From the NCBI RefSeq assembly GCF_000281045.1, contig NW_008246150.1:90177-154176 (forward strand): a stretch of 64,000 nucleotides of DNA, given 5' to 3'. A program made the position numbers and the translations under genes. The notes under the pieces were generated by a model. The model worked only from the letters and a program-made list of their open reading frames with translations. It did not search any database and was not told the origin of the DNA. The stretch comes from Saprolegnia diclina VS20 (Eukaryota). Below, one piece after another: positions 14,671 to 28,293 of the stretch (the first letter of the stretch is position 1; each line of letters starts with the position of its first letter).

Positions 14671-16500
14671 CTATAGGTTAGCTTGCCACTCCGAAACGAT
14701 CGTAGAGCGCCACTTGCCATGAGACCATGTCCAGAGCGGCGGTGGCGCGCGGTAGACACACCCAAAGGGCAATTGGTGCTGGTTCAAAGCGTACAACGAC
14801 GGCGCTGCGGGCGGCGGTGCCGTGTGGTCGTCGCGAGGCCATATGCACTCGGCGTCCAAGTCCGCTGCCAGTGCCGCCCGCAGCCTCTGAATCGCATTGA
14901 GTCGCAGGTGTTGCACGGCGAGAAACGCCAGCCACCGACGTAGATGACTTTGGATCTGGCGGGCGGCGCGGTGTCGACGGTACCGTCGCCTGGCCACGAG
15001 GTGGCGCAGGGCCACCGCGAGACAGGCGGCTGGCGTCGCGGGGCTTTGCTGGATACTGGCACTCACGTGCTGCTTCCATACTACCGGTCGGGCGTTTGAG
15101 GTGACGGCGGTTGTGCGTACGTGCTTGGTTGCGACTTGGTGGCTTGGTGCTGCGCGAGGGAGGTGTAGGGTTACTTTTGGTGGAGTCGGCGCCACCGTCG
15201 CCTGGCTCAAGACGACGGTAACCTGCGAAAAGGTTGGACCGGCTGCGTTGACCACAGGCGCGGGGCTTGCCGACGTCAGACGACTCAAGCAGAGTTGCGG
15301 CACGTAAGCGTGCATCGGCTGTGCCGTGCTGGCACTGACCAGCAATAGGTTGCTGCTCGGTGCTGCAAACGCCATTGACGTTGGGGAAGGCAAGTCTTCT
15401 TCTACATTCCCCGCGTCATCTCGTTGGTTCTCTGGTCCCGCAAGTCGCGGGGTGGCGCCGGTGCCATTGCACAGGTTGACATCGTTGCTGCTGGACATGT
15501 CTTCGATCGGTGCGGCATTGTTGCCGGGTATGCCGACCGTCGCCCGTGGTGTTGACCTCTTTGCAGCGACTTTGACGGGTGGTGGGTCTGTCACCGTGAG
15601 AATCGCCCCATGGCATCTCTCGCTAAGAATGTGGCTCGAGTCCACTGGCACGGCAGGTTGACGGTGGCAGCGAACGCGGCGCTGCAGAGCCACGACGCCT
15701 CGACGCAGGCTTTGAAAGCGCGCGCTCGCCACGTGTCGCCGGAAGAGTGCCTGGAACGGTACCCACGCGCGCTGCCATCGGTGGCTGCGTGCGGCGAGAG
15801 CTTGACGTTGCTGGGACCGACGGACCATGGCTTGCAGCACCATGGCTGCCGACTTGCGGCGGTGAGTACAGTAGCGTCGCCAAGTCCGCGCCAGCGTGTT
15901 TACAGCGCAGACCTACGCGCATCATGTGAGGTGTACACACTCGGCAATCTGACCTGCTGGTGCTTAATCCATCGTCGATGCAGTACATGTCGCCTCACCG
16001 CCGCGAGCAGCTACACGTTGCGCGTGACGCCAACCATTCTTTGATTAAGGGAGAAGGTTCGGACCTTGGCTCGCATCTGACAACGCAGGAGCGCCACGCG
16101 TCGTCCTTGGTGGCCGCGATAGAGCCGTTGGAGACTCGTGGCGCCGTTCTCGTGCCGACATTGTCGGTGACGCCTGTAAACGCGTTGCAGTCGGCGGGCG
16201 GCGAGACGCCGGCGCAGGTAGCTATGCACGCCATCGCAAAGATACCGTGCGACGCTGCGTCGTGCGACCATGCCCACGAGCCGCCGAAGCCGCGCAAGGG
16301 TCGTTGTCGCTGGCAGACTTGTCATCGTCGTCGGCGGCAACCTTAGCCGTCGGGGCGCATCGGGAATCTGGTTCGTCGACAGCGGCGGTCGCTGCTTGGC
16401 CGCCATGGCGTGGCGCAACGCGACGACATGTTGCAGATGCGGCGACTGGAACGCCGCCTTTGTGGCGCGCCGGCCACCCACCACCTGCGCCGCCCACATG
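14671..16500 (-). CDS. IQ calmodulin-binding motif protein, multi-exon
   Basis: Repeated IQ-like motifs: AARRLQRVYRRH, ATSLQRLYRGHQGR, VLQAMVRR, FQALFRRH, AARQIQSHLRR. Boundaries approximate. Confidence 0.65.
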
Positions 16501-16867
16501 CCAGTTACACGCAGTGACACGCAAGTTTCGCGCCAGTGAAACCGACACGGCCGGGGATGCAGCGCCACGACCTCGCTTCCTCGTCGCCGCCCGTTGATGC
16601 TCCCCACCACAATCGTCCCATCATTCCCTATAGTACCGAGTACATATATCTCGCAAACAAAGAGGAAGACGGACACATTGTATTTTCCGGATACCAACAG
16701 GATCCGTGGCCAAACCAGTGCTTGCAACCTTGCGAAACCCACCGCGCGAGGCGAATACAAACCGCAAGGTATTTACGAGCGAGGGGTTTCGCTAGTCGTT
16801 TTGCCTTTCAAACCGCCCTCCATATCTCTTGCCACCAGTACTCGATATCCGCTCTACCCCCATCGTC

Positions 16868-17896
16868 ATGTCGGCCAAGAAGATGCAAATGGGACGGCAA
16901 GCGCCCGGTGGCGTCCTCGTCTCGCCCATCTCGGTCGCCCACCGCGTACTTGGATCCCTAGCGTCTCGAGACTCGTGTGACTGACACCTTGGACTAGAAC
17001 CGGTGTCTCGACAGCGACAGTGTCAACCCCGTTCGGGCGCAATGGATGGCCAACCTCAAGAAGCGCGCGGACGCGGCGTCGTCGCCGCGCGTCGACGACA
17101 AGGCCGAGCCCATGGTAATTGCGTCGGCTCGCTCCGAGTGCAAATGTAATGCGATCGATAGAAGGCGTATGGGCACATTGAGTACACTGGCCGGTCCAGC
17201 GTGCGCGTCGAGCCCAAGACGTCGGCGCACGTGGACATTTTGCCGAAAAAACTCATCAAACCGCTCTTGAAGAAGCGCCCCAACTGCCCGACAATGCTCG
17301 AGCTGCAAGCCGGCAAGCCGCGGACGCCACGGCGCAAGATGAACGGCGGCGGCTTTGAGAGCGACATGCAGATCCAGACGGGCTTTGGTCCGCTCGATGG
17401 CTGCTTCCCCGGCGTCGGCACGCCGACCGCGCACCACCGACGCGGCCCCGCGTCGCCCGACATCATGGACCCGTTCTCGGGCATCGACTTTGGCCCGTTC
17501 GACACGTTTTTGGATCTCCCAACGCCCAAGAACAATGGACTGCAGCATGGCGCGCCGCCGTTTCCAGTGATGGAGGCGACGGAGCTTGCGAATGCCTTCC
17601 AGCAGCCGCCGCTCTTGGTGCGGGCGACGAGCGTCGAGCAAGAGGGATTGAGCCTCTGCTTTGAACACACGCACTTGGGCCAGCCGACGCAACTCAGCAG
17701 CAACGTGCCGCCGTCGCCGTTCGGGTCGATGCTTCGGCCGTCGTGCGTTTTTGACTCTACCAAGCACCACCCCGAGTTTGACATTCTCGACTTCAACGAC
17801 TCGGACATTGACAAGGAAGTCGACAGCTTCTACTTTGACGACGACCACGACGACAGCCGCGTCGACCACGACGAGATTGAGCTCATCTCGACGTAA
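16868..17896 (+). CDS. Hypothetical protein, probably multi-exon
   Basis: Terminal ORF 17201..17896 with coding-like composition and an acidic C-terminus. Upstream exons and start inferred. Confidence 0.5.
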
Positions 17897-18218
17897 ACCT
17901 TACACCGCAGTACCGTAGTTTCGTAGGACACCGCATTTTTCCTCCATGTTGCTAAAGAAAACACTTTGTCTCGTCTCACGACTGCATTAAGGTGACCTCG
18001 ATCTGTGGCGACAGAGTGCAGGAGGAGCGCGGTGGCTACGGACCGAGCCCACAAAGCACGGCCTCCGAAAGCGAGTTTTGCAGTCGCGACCGAGACACGA
18101 CACCGTTTCAATGTATCAAGTGCGGGTCAAAGCACGGTTGCTGCCGGCTGCCACAAGGTCGAATCGACTCTATCATGCATGTTTGTGCATAGTATAAACG
18201 TTCTCGTCGTTCTAGTAT

Positions 18219-19960
18219 CTACTTGGTCTCGGCTTCAGCGACCACGCGCGCACAGATGTCCCGCCACATCTTTGCATGCGACATGTCGTAGTGCAGCGCG
18301 TAGCTCAAACCGCGCAGAAGGAGCGAGACGCGGTACGCCATGACAAAGTCGTCCGACTGCTCGACGAGCGGGTCGCGCTTGCTCATTTGCTCGGCAAAGA
18401 GCTGGATGTTGACACCGCCGGTGACACTCGCGTCGTCACGGTCCATCATGATGCGGCCCATCTTCTCGAGCACATACGGGTCCATGTGCTTGGTTTTGAC
18501 CTGGATGTGATGCGTCATCGCATACACAACGTCCTCGCTACTGCCATCCGCAAGCGCAAGCACGAGCTTGGCGAGGCGGACGCGCTGGTCCTTTGTAATG
18601 TGCTTGACCTGGCCATAGTCGATGAGGCCCATGCGGCCGTCCTTGAGCAGCATGATGTTGCCCGGGTGCGGGTCGCCGTTGAAGCAGCCGTTGACAAAGA
18701 TCTCGTAGCCGTGAACCTCGACGATGAGGCGGAGGATCTCGGCAAAGTTGAGCAACTTGGTGTGGTCGACATTGTCGTCGGCCGCCGGTGCACGCGCCCA
18801 GATCCACCCGAGCGTGTAGTCGTAGAGGCCATGCTGGAGCTTCGTGCCGAGCTCGCGCAGGTACAAGTACGACTGGATCTGGCGCATCTCATCTTCGGAC
18901 GGCCCGCTCTCGCGCGCCAAGCCCTTGGCCAGCCGCTCGGCGTCGACGCGCTCCTGCTCGGCCTTGAGCGCGTCGATGGTCGTGTTCTTCTCCTTGGCAA
19001 TGAGCTCGAAATGGTCTTGGATGCCATCGAGGAGGCTCTTGCCGTCGAGGAACTCCATCACGAGCACGTCTTTCGTGCACAGCTCTGGGTACGGCGCGGG
19101 CACGACGAACCGGGTCGCGTACGGACTCGCTTGAATGTTGGCGCGGACCTCGGCGAGGTTGGCGGCTTCGCGGCGGTAGTCAAACTCGGTCATAAACTGC
19201 TTCTCGACTTCGTTCAGAAATGGAAGCTGCTCGGGCTGCGCGAGCTTGCAAAAGGTCTTGATCGTGCCAATGTCGTTGCGGAAGTGGTGCTCGGCTTCCG
19301 GGAACTGCACCTTGACAACCACGGTTCTATGGGTAGGAAGAAGGTAACGACAGTCCTATGGCGAAGAAGGACGTACGTGCCGTCGAGCAGCTTGGCCTTG
19401 TGCACTTGGCCAATGGACGCGGCGCCGAGCGGCTTGGTGTCGATCGAGAGAAAGATCTCGGAGATGGGCTTGCCGAACGACCGCTCGATGATGCCAACGA
19501 TCTCGTCCATGGGCTTGGACGGCGCGTCGCTCTGGAGGATCTTGCACCGGTCGAGGTACTGCTTGGGCAAGAAGTCGTGGCGCGTCGACCCAATCTGGGC
19601 GAGCTTGACGTAGAAGCCCTTGAGATGTAGCACGACGTCGTACAGCGTCGGCGCATACAAGTCGTGGAGCTCCTCGTAATGCGCGTCTTGCTCGTCCTGC
19701 GAGAGCTGGAGCACGTCGTTGATGTACACCTGCTTGGACCGGTAGTGGATGTACGCGGGCATGGCCTTGGTGTAGAAGTAGAGCGACCGCGCAAAGCCCT
19801 CGTCGACCTGCGACCCGTAGTAGACGCCGCCGCCAATGGCCGCCGTTAGCCCGGCCAGGGTCATCGCCGCCTTGGCCGCATGGGACGAGCGGCGTGGCGC
19901 AGCGGTGCTCATGGCGGCGCGGCCAGCGGCTCGCCGCGTCAGCGCTCGGAGGCTCAGCAT
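18219..19960 (-). CDS. ABC1/UbiB (ADCK) atypical kinase, mitochondrial-type, 2 exons
   Basis: LKGFYVKLAQ, PLGAASIGQVHKA, VVKVQ, EFDYRREA, FNGDPHPGN, LIDYGQ. Arg/Ala-rich N-terminus. Confidence 0.92.
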
Positions 19961-20281
19961 CCTGCGCGTCGGTCTCAATTGGTTGTCCGGTATTCGAGAG
20001 CGTTCATTTGGCCTCGGCTTGAAGACCGCCTGTCGCGTCCCAACCGTCCTAATTAGGAAATAACTTGGGATTTGTATGCTGACAGGAGGACGCCGTTTCT
20101 TGGTTTCGGATTCCCACGCGTGTGCAATGCAATATACACATTTTTCACATTGACATCCTGATACCTTTAAAAGGCCCAAGGAAACGTGAAAAATACAAGG
20201 AAGCGTGGTTTCGGATTTTCGCGTGGGTAATGCTTCCACTGGAAGCAATCGCGGATTGCATTTGCTGGCGGCGAGAAGAGA

Positions 20282-21198
20282 ATGGACGGTCTCGCCGAGC
20301 TCATGGGCGGCTACACGGAAGATGACGAGCGCGAGATCATCCAGGACATTGCCATCGGCAAGGACAAGGCGATCGTCATGCAGATCTCGCTGGCGCTCGA
20401 CGATGGCCAAGCGCCCGGGTCGCTCTTCGCCTACCACGTCTGGAACGGCGCCGTACGTTCCTCAGCCTGCATGTTGTTGCAGGCTCATACCACTCTTGTA
20501 GACGTGCCTCTCCGAGTTCTTTGCGGCGACGCCGGCTCTCGTCCAGCGCAAGGCGGTGGTCGAGTTTGGCGCTGCCTCGTACTTCATCGCCGCCGCCGCA
20601 TGACCCTGACGTACATGCAATAGGGCGCTGCCGTCGCTTGTGGCACTGCATCTGGGCGCGTCGACCGCCGTCATGACAGGTACATGATCGCTTGGCGTAC
20701 AAAGCGCACAACGACGATGACGGCGGTAGACTACCCGGCGCCCGTCTTGATTGACAACATGCAGCGCAACGTCGCCCGGAACGCGAGCAAGCTCGGCAAT
20801 GGCAGCGCGACGGTCCTCGGGCATCTGTGGGGCGACGACGTCGCGCCGTTGCTAGCGCCAACGCAAGGCGACGGCTTTGACGTGGCCATCGTCGCCGAGT
20901 GTCTCTGGCTGCACAAGGAGGTACGTCTTGGTTGACGATTTGGTACGAAGCGTCAAATGCTGCGTAGCACGAGCACCTCTTGATGTCGATCATGGCGTGC
21001 CTGAAGCATGGCGGGAAGGCGTACATTTGCTTCAGCCACCACGTGCCCGGCATGGAGACCGAGGACTTGTCCTTCTTTGCCAAGGCGACGCGCCAGTACC
21101 AGTGCGACGTTGCGCATCTCTCGACCTTCCAAGTCCACGCCGTCTTCAACTCGGCCAAGACAAAAGACCAGTACCTCTACTGCATCACGAAGCTCTAG
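20282..21198 (+). CDS. Seven-beta-strand protein methyltransferase (METTL21/EFM7-like), multi-exon
   Basis: SLFAYHVWNGA, VVEFGAA, DYPAPVLIDNM, GHLWG, FDVAIVAECLW, FSHH in successive exons. Confidence 0.8.
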
Positions 21199-21358
21199 TG
21201 GTCCGAGGTCCACCTTCCTGAGAGCAAAACGTACATGCGAACCTAGCATGTCAATCTTCCCTGTGGCGCTGCCACGTCATCCACGCGTCGTCGATGGATT
21301 CGATGACAACCAAAAAACAACTTTTACAACTCTTATCTAACACCGTCGTGGAGCAGGT

Positions 21359-21634
21359 TCAAGGCAACGTTGTGTCGGGGTGCACGGCAGGTGACCATGA
21401 GCGTGGCTGCAGGGTCCAGACACGTCGACTAGGCAGTGTCGAGCAGTAGACCTCCGCCGGCGTCGATAGGTAGCATGCGGTAAGTGAGCGAACTTGCGAC
21501 GGCGTTGGCACCGCCGCGGGGACCGCGAGCGCGTTGGGGCTAAAGCCCAGATGTTCGGACGAGTGCTCCTCGGGTGCTGCCACTAACGACGAGCTGAAGG
21601 ACGTTGCGGAGACCAAACGCGGGTGGAGCGACAC
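21359..21634 (-). pseudogene. Degenerate fragment resembling the C-terminus of the neighbouring secreted protein
   Basis: VPTPSQVRSL..CYLSTPAEVYCSTLPSRRVWTL vs VPSASKVYRI..CYVSNQASLYCSTLASGLSTWTL. Confidence 0.4.
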
Positions 21635-21755
21635 CGGTGCTTGTGATTACGCGACTTTGCACAACATTTTAAAGGGATAAAGGGAATTAATGGAGTTTAT
21701 GGGTCGCATGCGATCGTTTATGAATACTGGCAACCAACTCGTACAACATATCGTC

Positions 21756-22893
21756 TTAGGCGACGGTCGTCGCGAAGAGATGTCCCATTGTCGGGGTGGC
21801 CCACGAGAGTGCGTACAGAGCGTCACCGTACACAGCGGGGCTGTTGAACGGTCGGCCCAGCAACGTCCAGGTCGACAAACCGGACGCCAGCGTCGAGCAG
21901 TAGAGACTGGCCTGATTGCTCACATAGCACACCCGGTTGCCGTCGGAGCTAATGCGATAGACTTTGGAGGCTGATGGCACCGGCGTGAGTGGTGCGAGTG
22001 ACCACGTCGTCGTGTTGAGCGTTGTCACGTAGAGTTCCAGCGACGCGCCCATGACAAAGACTGTGTTGCCAGCGACAACGAGCCGGTAGATCTTGCCCAG
22101 CACGGCAGCATCGAGAGACAATGTTTCAGGACGCCGACGCCTTGGCTGGTGATGGGAGCACTTTATTTCTTGCCTGCCTGAAGCGCCACCGACTGCGTCA
22201 CCTTGGTGACCAAGTTGCGCGCAAAGACGACGGGATCTTTTGGACTGGTGCCGTAGACAACGCCGTTCACACACGGTCGGCTCGCGTCGACTGCAAAGTC
22301 GTCGATGTTGACAGATGCCCACGTCTCAATGGCGCGCGACGGCAGCCCATACATGACGGAGGTGCTGGTGCTGGTAGCCACGAGCGCACATGCGTTGACA
22401 CCGTCAAAGAACAAGTCTGTGAACAACTTGCCACCGAGATCGACCCATGGCGCGGGTGTTCGTGGCACCACCGTCGTCGGCACGGGGCTAGTCGGTGTCG
22501 GTGTCGCGGACGTCGCAGCCGGTGTCGTCGTCGGCGTTGGGTCGACCACTGGCGTGGCCGACGGAGCGATGCTAGTCGGTGTCGGTGTCGCGGACGTCGC
22601 AGCCGGNNNNNNNNNNNNNNNNNNNNNNNNNNNNNNNNNNNNNNNNNNNNNNNNNNNNNNNNNNNNNNNNNNNNNNNNNNNNNNNNNNNNNNNNNNNNNN
22701 NNNNNNCTGGCGTGGCCGACGGAGCGATGCTAGTCGGTGTCGGTGTCGCGGACGTCGCAGCCGGTGTCGTCGTCGGCGTTGGGTCGACAACTGGGGTGGT
22801 CGGTGGCGACACGGTGGCTGGATCGCACGCCGGGCGTTGGGCTGCAGCCAGCGCCATGCAGCAAATCATGAGGGACGACCAACCGAGCTTCAT
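21756..22893 (-). CDS. Secreted protein with Pro/Thr mucin-like repeats and a beta-rich C-terminal region
   Basis: Signal-like MKLGWSSLMICCMALAAA, then PT repeats spanning an N-gap. A frame change near 22165 is unresolved (intron or frameshift). Confidence 0.6.
22487..22793 (-). repeat. 84-bp coding tandem repeat (VVDPTPTTTPAATSATPTPTSIAPSATP), copy number hidden by the gap at 22607-22706
   Basis: The same unit is seen on both sides of the 100-N gap. Confidence 0.85.
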
Positions 22894-23679
22894 GCGTGTA
22901 AATGCAAAAGAAACAATGAAGGAGACTCGCGCTTTTGTACACACCGAGGTACACGGACACGACGCTGCATATGGGAGCTAGACGATATGATAGGGCCAGT
23001 AGAAAGTTCTCAATATGTCTGTTGCACGGTGGCACCACGTCCTGGGACACTCGAGACGCACCAATCGGCGCCGAGGGCGCGTACGTCGGTGGTACTATGA
23101 AGGACCGATTATTATAGTACAACGTAATCTAACGTTACGTGCATCGTTGTCTCGAGCGTGGATGATTCGGGACGCAAGTTGTTGCACTTCCCGCAGCGTG
23201 GCAGGGGTAGGGTACACTCGTCTTTCACACGACACGGAGAGGACACGTGCTTCCCAAGACTCCATGACGTGACACGAACACGTCGAGGACTATGCCCGAC
23301 GCTAGATAATACATCTACCCACACAACTATGATAGCACGTAGAGGCGGGCAGTTTGTGTGTTGCACTGTTGCGAAGATAGTAACGCGCCATGTGAAGCCG
23401 AAACGGTCGACTCGGCGTACGTCGGTGGTACGATGTACAAGTATTGTTGATCCCTGCAAACGTATGACTAACCTTGGCCACTTGGTACCACGCTTTCGGA
23501 TCCTACACTACCGCAATCGCCGTCGCGTCCCAGTGGTCAAGCGCTGTATCCGGATACCGGTTGCTTCGGATGTGCTTGTGTTTAAAACACTTGCCAAGTG
23601 TTGAAAACACCGCATGCCTAATTAGGACATAATGCCGAATTAGGAAGCGCCAGCCACGAGGGCCAATAAAGATTCGGCG

Positions 23680-25519
23680 ATGGAGGAGCCGCGGCTGACG
23701 CTGGCGATCCCCAAGACGGAGGCGCTCTGCGTCGAGATGCCGATGCTCTTCAAGGATGTGGCGAAGGCGCCTGCGTACTTTGGCGGCATGCAGAACCTCT
23801 CGACGATCCAGGAGACCAAGACGCCGTTCCTGCCCATCAAGCTGCGGCCGGGCGAGCCCAACTGCAAGCCGATCTTCGCCGACCGCGCCAAGACGCAGAC
23901 GTTCGTGCTCAAGGTCACAAAGAAGCGACCGCACGAGCCATGCACGGCGGCGATCACGGCCATCACGAGCGAAAAGTTTGTCTGCGAAGGCATGGCCGAC
24001 TACCAGTACTTTGCCGCGCCCAAGTACCTCGAGAGCATGGCCGCGCCCGTGAGCAAGAAGCTCTTGCTCTACCGCACCATTTCGTCGCCGAGCGAGCTCG
24101 AGCTCGTGCCCGAAGTCTTCTCGCGCGTCGACCTCCCGATACGGTACGAGTTCAAGCAGCGCCCCAAGTTCAAGGAGCGCGAGCCGGGCGACGATGCATC
24201 GCCGACGACCAAGGTCACAGGGCGCGGTGTCCAGTACGTCAACTTTCGCACCGACAAGGACGTGCCGCAGTTCCAAGGCCCGCAGAGCATGCCCAAGACG
24301 CGCGGTAGCATCCACGGTTTCCTCTTCCAGCGTCGCTCATCATGCTCGACTAGGGATTCCGGCCGAGCTCGAAGAGCAAGTGCTCACGTTCATTCGACAA
24401 AAGCTCGACGAACGACCGATCTGGCACCGCCACAAGGTTGCTGCTCGTCACTTCTATGATACTCATCGCTACGTAGCTTTTCGAGAACGTCCCGGCCGCC
24501 GAGCGTCGCGTCGCCCTGCGCTTCCTTCCGTACATGTGCTACATCTTCCTCAGCGGGCCATGGCGGGGCATGTGGGTGCGCATGGGCTACGACCCGCGAA
24601 CAACGCCATCCTCGGCGCTCTACCAGGTACATCCATCGACTCCGCCATTTTGACACAACTTGAACGGGCTAGATGCTGGAAATTCGAGGCAACCGCGAGC
24701 TTGTGCTGTCGACTGTCAGCACGCAGAAGAAGAAGATCTCGCGCAACAAGTTCACGTCCCGCCTCTCGACCGTGGTCCAGTCGATGGACGCCGAAGACGA
24801 CGTCGCGCTCCACTTCAAGCAAAAGAAGCGGCACAACCGAAGCAAGTCGACGGTCAAGACGGCGCCCTTGGCCGACCTCGACGATGACGCGCCGACGCAC
24901 CTCATTTATGGCATTCCACTGAGTACTGGTTACTTTCATATTCAGCTCTGCGACCTCCGCGAGAACAACCCGTCGATCAACGCGGCCATGACGCCGTTCG
25001 ACACCCAGTACGCTCTTGATCGATTGAAACATTGATACAAAGCGCTGCACTAGCATGCGACAATCGGCGAGCATTCTCTCGGGCTGGTACCCGTCGTGCA
25101 TGTTTGCGACGCTGCGCGAGATGCTTCGGTTCCACATTGCGACCGTGGTAAGTTGAATATTGTCATCGAATCGTAAGACAAGTTGCACATGACATGTGAA
25201 CTAGGTGGGCCGACCCGCGGAAGAGCTTGCGATGCGCCAAAAGCACATTCGGGCGCTGGAACGGGCGATGTTGAATGATCTAGCGGCGCGCGGGGACGTT
25301 GACAGCGATGACAACACCAAACGACCGTCGACTACAACTGGCGACGACGGGGACGCGCCTGCTGACGAAGCGACGGCCGACGAAGCAACGGCCGATGAAG
25401 TCAACAGCGCCGACGAAGACGACGGCGATGACGACGACGACGACGATGACGATGCTGATGCTGGCGACGAGGAAGAGACCAAGCAAGATGATAGCGTCGC
25501 GACCGTCATTGCTCTCTAA
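23680..25519 (+). CDS. GTF3C5: RNA polymerase III transcription factor IIIC subunit 5 (Tau95/TFC1), multi-exon
   Basis: LRPGEPNCKPI, EGMADYQY, LDERPIW, YIFLSGPWRGMWVRMGYDPR, acidic C-terminal tail. Confidence 0.85.
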
Positions 25520-25883
25520 GTCCTAGCACAAAGGCGGTCAACCCTCGGCTGGTGCTGTTCTAAGACTTTGGTTGGGATCATTAGGCCGCCGCAGTAGGCA
25601 GATGCATAGTCGTATCGTGACGAAACACAGCTGTCAACGCTGCGATGACAACGGGTCGTCGTTACCCTAAACCTAATCTGCAATTATCGACCACGGCCTC
25701 ACTGCGCCATGCATGACCGACTAGAACGACACCGTCTCTCCCGTCCAGCATGCTGCAGTCAACAATTGCTAGTTCAATACTTTCATTCGAGATTCATTAT
25801 AAAAAGATACTAGAGCTGCACATGACGACGCTGCATCTGCCACTGAATACACATTGTCGTTCATTGTTGAGTGCATTGAGAAG

Positions 25884-26780
25884 CTAGTCGTGCTTGGCCA
25901 AGAACGGGTTGACCGCCGTCTTCCACTCGACGTCGGCAAACGTGTGGTTGACATCGCGGTGGTTGGCCTCGTCGGCGCGAATGCACTTGATCATGTCCAG
26001 GACGGTCGCGGTCTCGGGCAGCTTGTAGTAGTTGCGTGCGATCAGCGGCGCAATGTCCGTGTCCCAATGGTCGACATGGCCGTTCTCAATGTCTTGGACG
26101 AGCGCCGTGTACGTGTGGACGGCCTCTTCCTCGAGGTACCCCACGAAGCGGTGGCACGTCTTGGGCGACGTCAGGTACGCGAGAAAGAACACGTTAAAGA
26201 AGACGCCTTGCGCGCCGAGCACAAAGAGGCGGAAGAGCGGACCTGGCGACTTCATGTTGAGGAAGATGAGCAGATGCATGCGCTCGTTCTCAGCCTCCTC
26301 GAGGAGCGTGTGGATCCAGCCCTGGTCCCGCTGCATCGTGCGCAGCGAGCGGAGATGGCGGGCCATGCCGGCGACCATGCCAGGAACACCGGCAACCGTC
26401 TCGAGAAAGAGCGCGCGGTTGACCCAGTCCCCAGCCTTCATGCCGCCGCCCGGGCCCTTGTAGCGCGAGACAAAGTCAAAGCCGGAGCGCATGACGCGGA
26501 TGGCGAAGAGGGCCACCTTGGCGTGCATCTCGACGGGCTCGCGGTGCGTCGGGTGGATCTTGGCGAGGTCTTCGGGACTGTAGATGGCGTGCGGGATCGG
26601 GTTTTCCCATGTTTGCGGTACGGTGGCCCACGACTGGATCTTGGTGTCGGCAAAGTGGCCGTCGGTCTTGGGGTGCGTCTTGAAGTGGTTGGCTTCGATG
26701 AGCGATGGGGCGGAAGCGCGGACCGCGCTAAAGGACCGGACCGAGACGCGCGACGTGGTGCGGAGGAGCGACGCGTGCAT
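25884..26780 (-). CDS. AOX: Alternative oxidase, copy 1
   Basis: LETVAGVPG, EAENERMHL, FVGYLEEEA, IRADEANH diiron motifs. Mitochondrial-type presequence. Intronless. Confidence 0.97.
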   Translation of the reverse strand: MHASLLRTTSRVSVRSFSAVRASAPSLIEANHFKTHPKTDGHFADTKIQSWATVPQTWENPIPHAIYSPEDLAKIHPTHREPVEMHAKVALFAIRVMRSGFDFVSRYKGPGGGMKAGDWVNRALFLETVAGVPGMVAGMARHLRSLRTMQRDQGWIHTLLEEAENERMHLLIFLNMKSPGPLFRLFVLGAQGVFFNVFFLAYLTSPKTCHRFVGYLEEEAVHTYTALVQDIENGHVDHWDTDIAPLIARNYYKLPETATVLDMIKCIRADEANHRDVNHTFADVEWKTAVNPFLAKHD

Positions 26781-28293
26781 CGTGGAGAGGAGTGTTGTTG
26801 CAAGTGTTGGAAATTGAATAATGCGTCGGGTTCGGCCGTTGTTACATCGATGACGTGGCAACGTGTGACGCAAGGTGGCGTGATCATGACCACCTACGCA
26901 TGCATCATACGTACACTATATCAGGTCGTGGTGGGACAGGCCGACAATTTGCGCTGTGCTTGACATTGCGTGCCTTGCGTTTATGGCTGCGCATTTTAGG
27001 ACAGTCGTGAATGGGAATGAGCATTGTGGCTGTGATAGAGACTACGCACGCACCCAGTACACAATTTAGACCCACAGGCTTGCGTGCCAAAATATATACA
27101 CTATTTCCGTTGATTCTGGATCGAAAGTCGACGAGCCAATCACAGCGTCGGTGAAGTCGGGCGAACGTAAAGTGCAACTTGAAGCTCTTGTCCCAAACGT
27201 CGTGTCGCGGGATGTGCTTCGACGACGGACCTCCTTGCTCGACGGCCGTGTTCACTCGGTCGCTTTCTTTGGCGAGCTCCCTCCACCGCCTACTCGTGAG
27301 CGGCGCGAGCTGCGAGCTTGGGTGTCTCGATGATGCGCGTTTCTTTCACAAGCTATCAAGCTTTCGAATGCAATCAAGCAAATGATAGCTTGTTGCGGAA
27401 GACCATGTCTTGGTAGTAGCCGGTCCACGAGGTTACTGACTCACCCTCTCTTTTTCTCGTGCCAGTGCGCGTGAGCCTTGACAATACTCAAGCGCGAATG
27501 CGTACACTATTGTCATCGATGGGTTGCCAACATACACATAGTGCCACATGGAAATGAGCTACGTACCGTCATGGACGTGATCACTCGAAAATAAATCCAC
27601 CGTGCGACATCTGCGTTGGCGATTTCCCCGCTGATCATCGCATGCGATTCGCCGGTTGCCCTCGGCCTTGAAGTTGCACGGAGCGGTAAATAATTCATTT
27701 CAACTAGAAATGGAAAGGCTCGACATCCCAACCGTACTTGCATTCTACGACCACCTTGTGTAATCGACTCGAAATCAGCTAACCAGTGGTGAAAACCAAC
27801 AACGTCATAAAGGCACGGCGTCAACCTGCACAGGACCCAAGACGATGACGTGCAAGCACTTGCGCGTCGCACGCACTGAACCGAAACGATGTTGGCGTAA
27901 TGTTGTTTGCGGATAGCTCGTTGCTCGGCAATCGTCTTTGCCCTTGGCCCTTTTACCGCAGCGCAGATACGTGCAATCAACCCACGACGCCGGCGAAGCC
28001 CGAACGGTGGTGAACGATTTAACGTCGACGACGCGCCGCATCCAAGATGCAAATTGCGTTGACACGGATCAACAATCGCAGTGGGACACGAGGCCGTGCC
28101 ACGTTCACCGCGCTTCCCTGCACCGGCCATTGGACGGTCGAAATGGCCGGCCCATGCGACATGCCCGCCACATCCGTCTCCATCGCACAACATGTGTTTT
28201 ACCATCGAGAGGCGACACTCCATCGTCCTTGCCATCCTAGTCAGATTCCTCACTATTCAATTTCCAGCACTTGCAGCAACACTCCTCTCCACG

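Noticed and set aside
18276..19613. Long antisense ORFs (this one, also 782..1912, 25854..26963, 40674..41816, 61030..62040)
   Set aside because: Shadow frames of real high-GC3 genes on the opposite strand, with no motifs.
25400..25460. GAC/GAT triplet run
   Set aside because: Encodes the ordinary acidic tail of TFIIIC Tau95.
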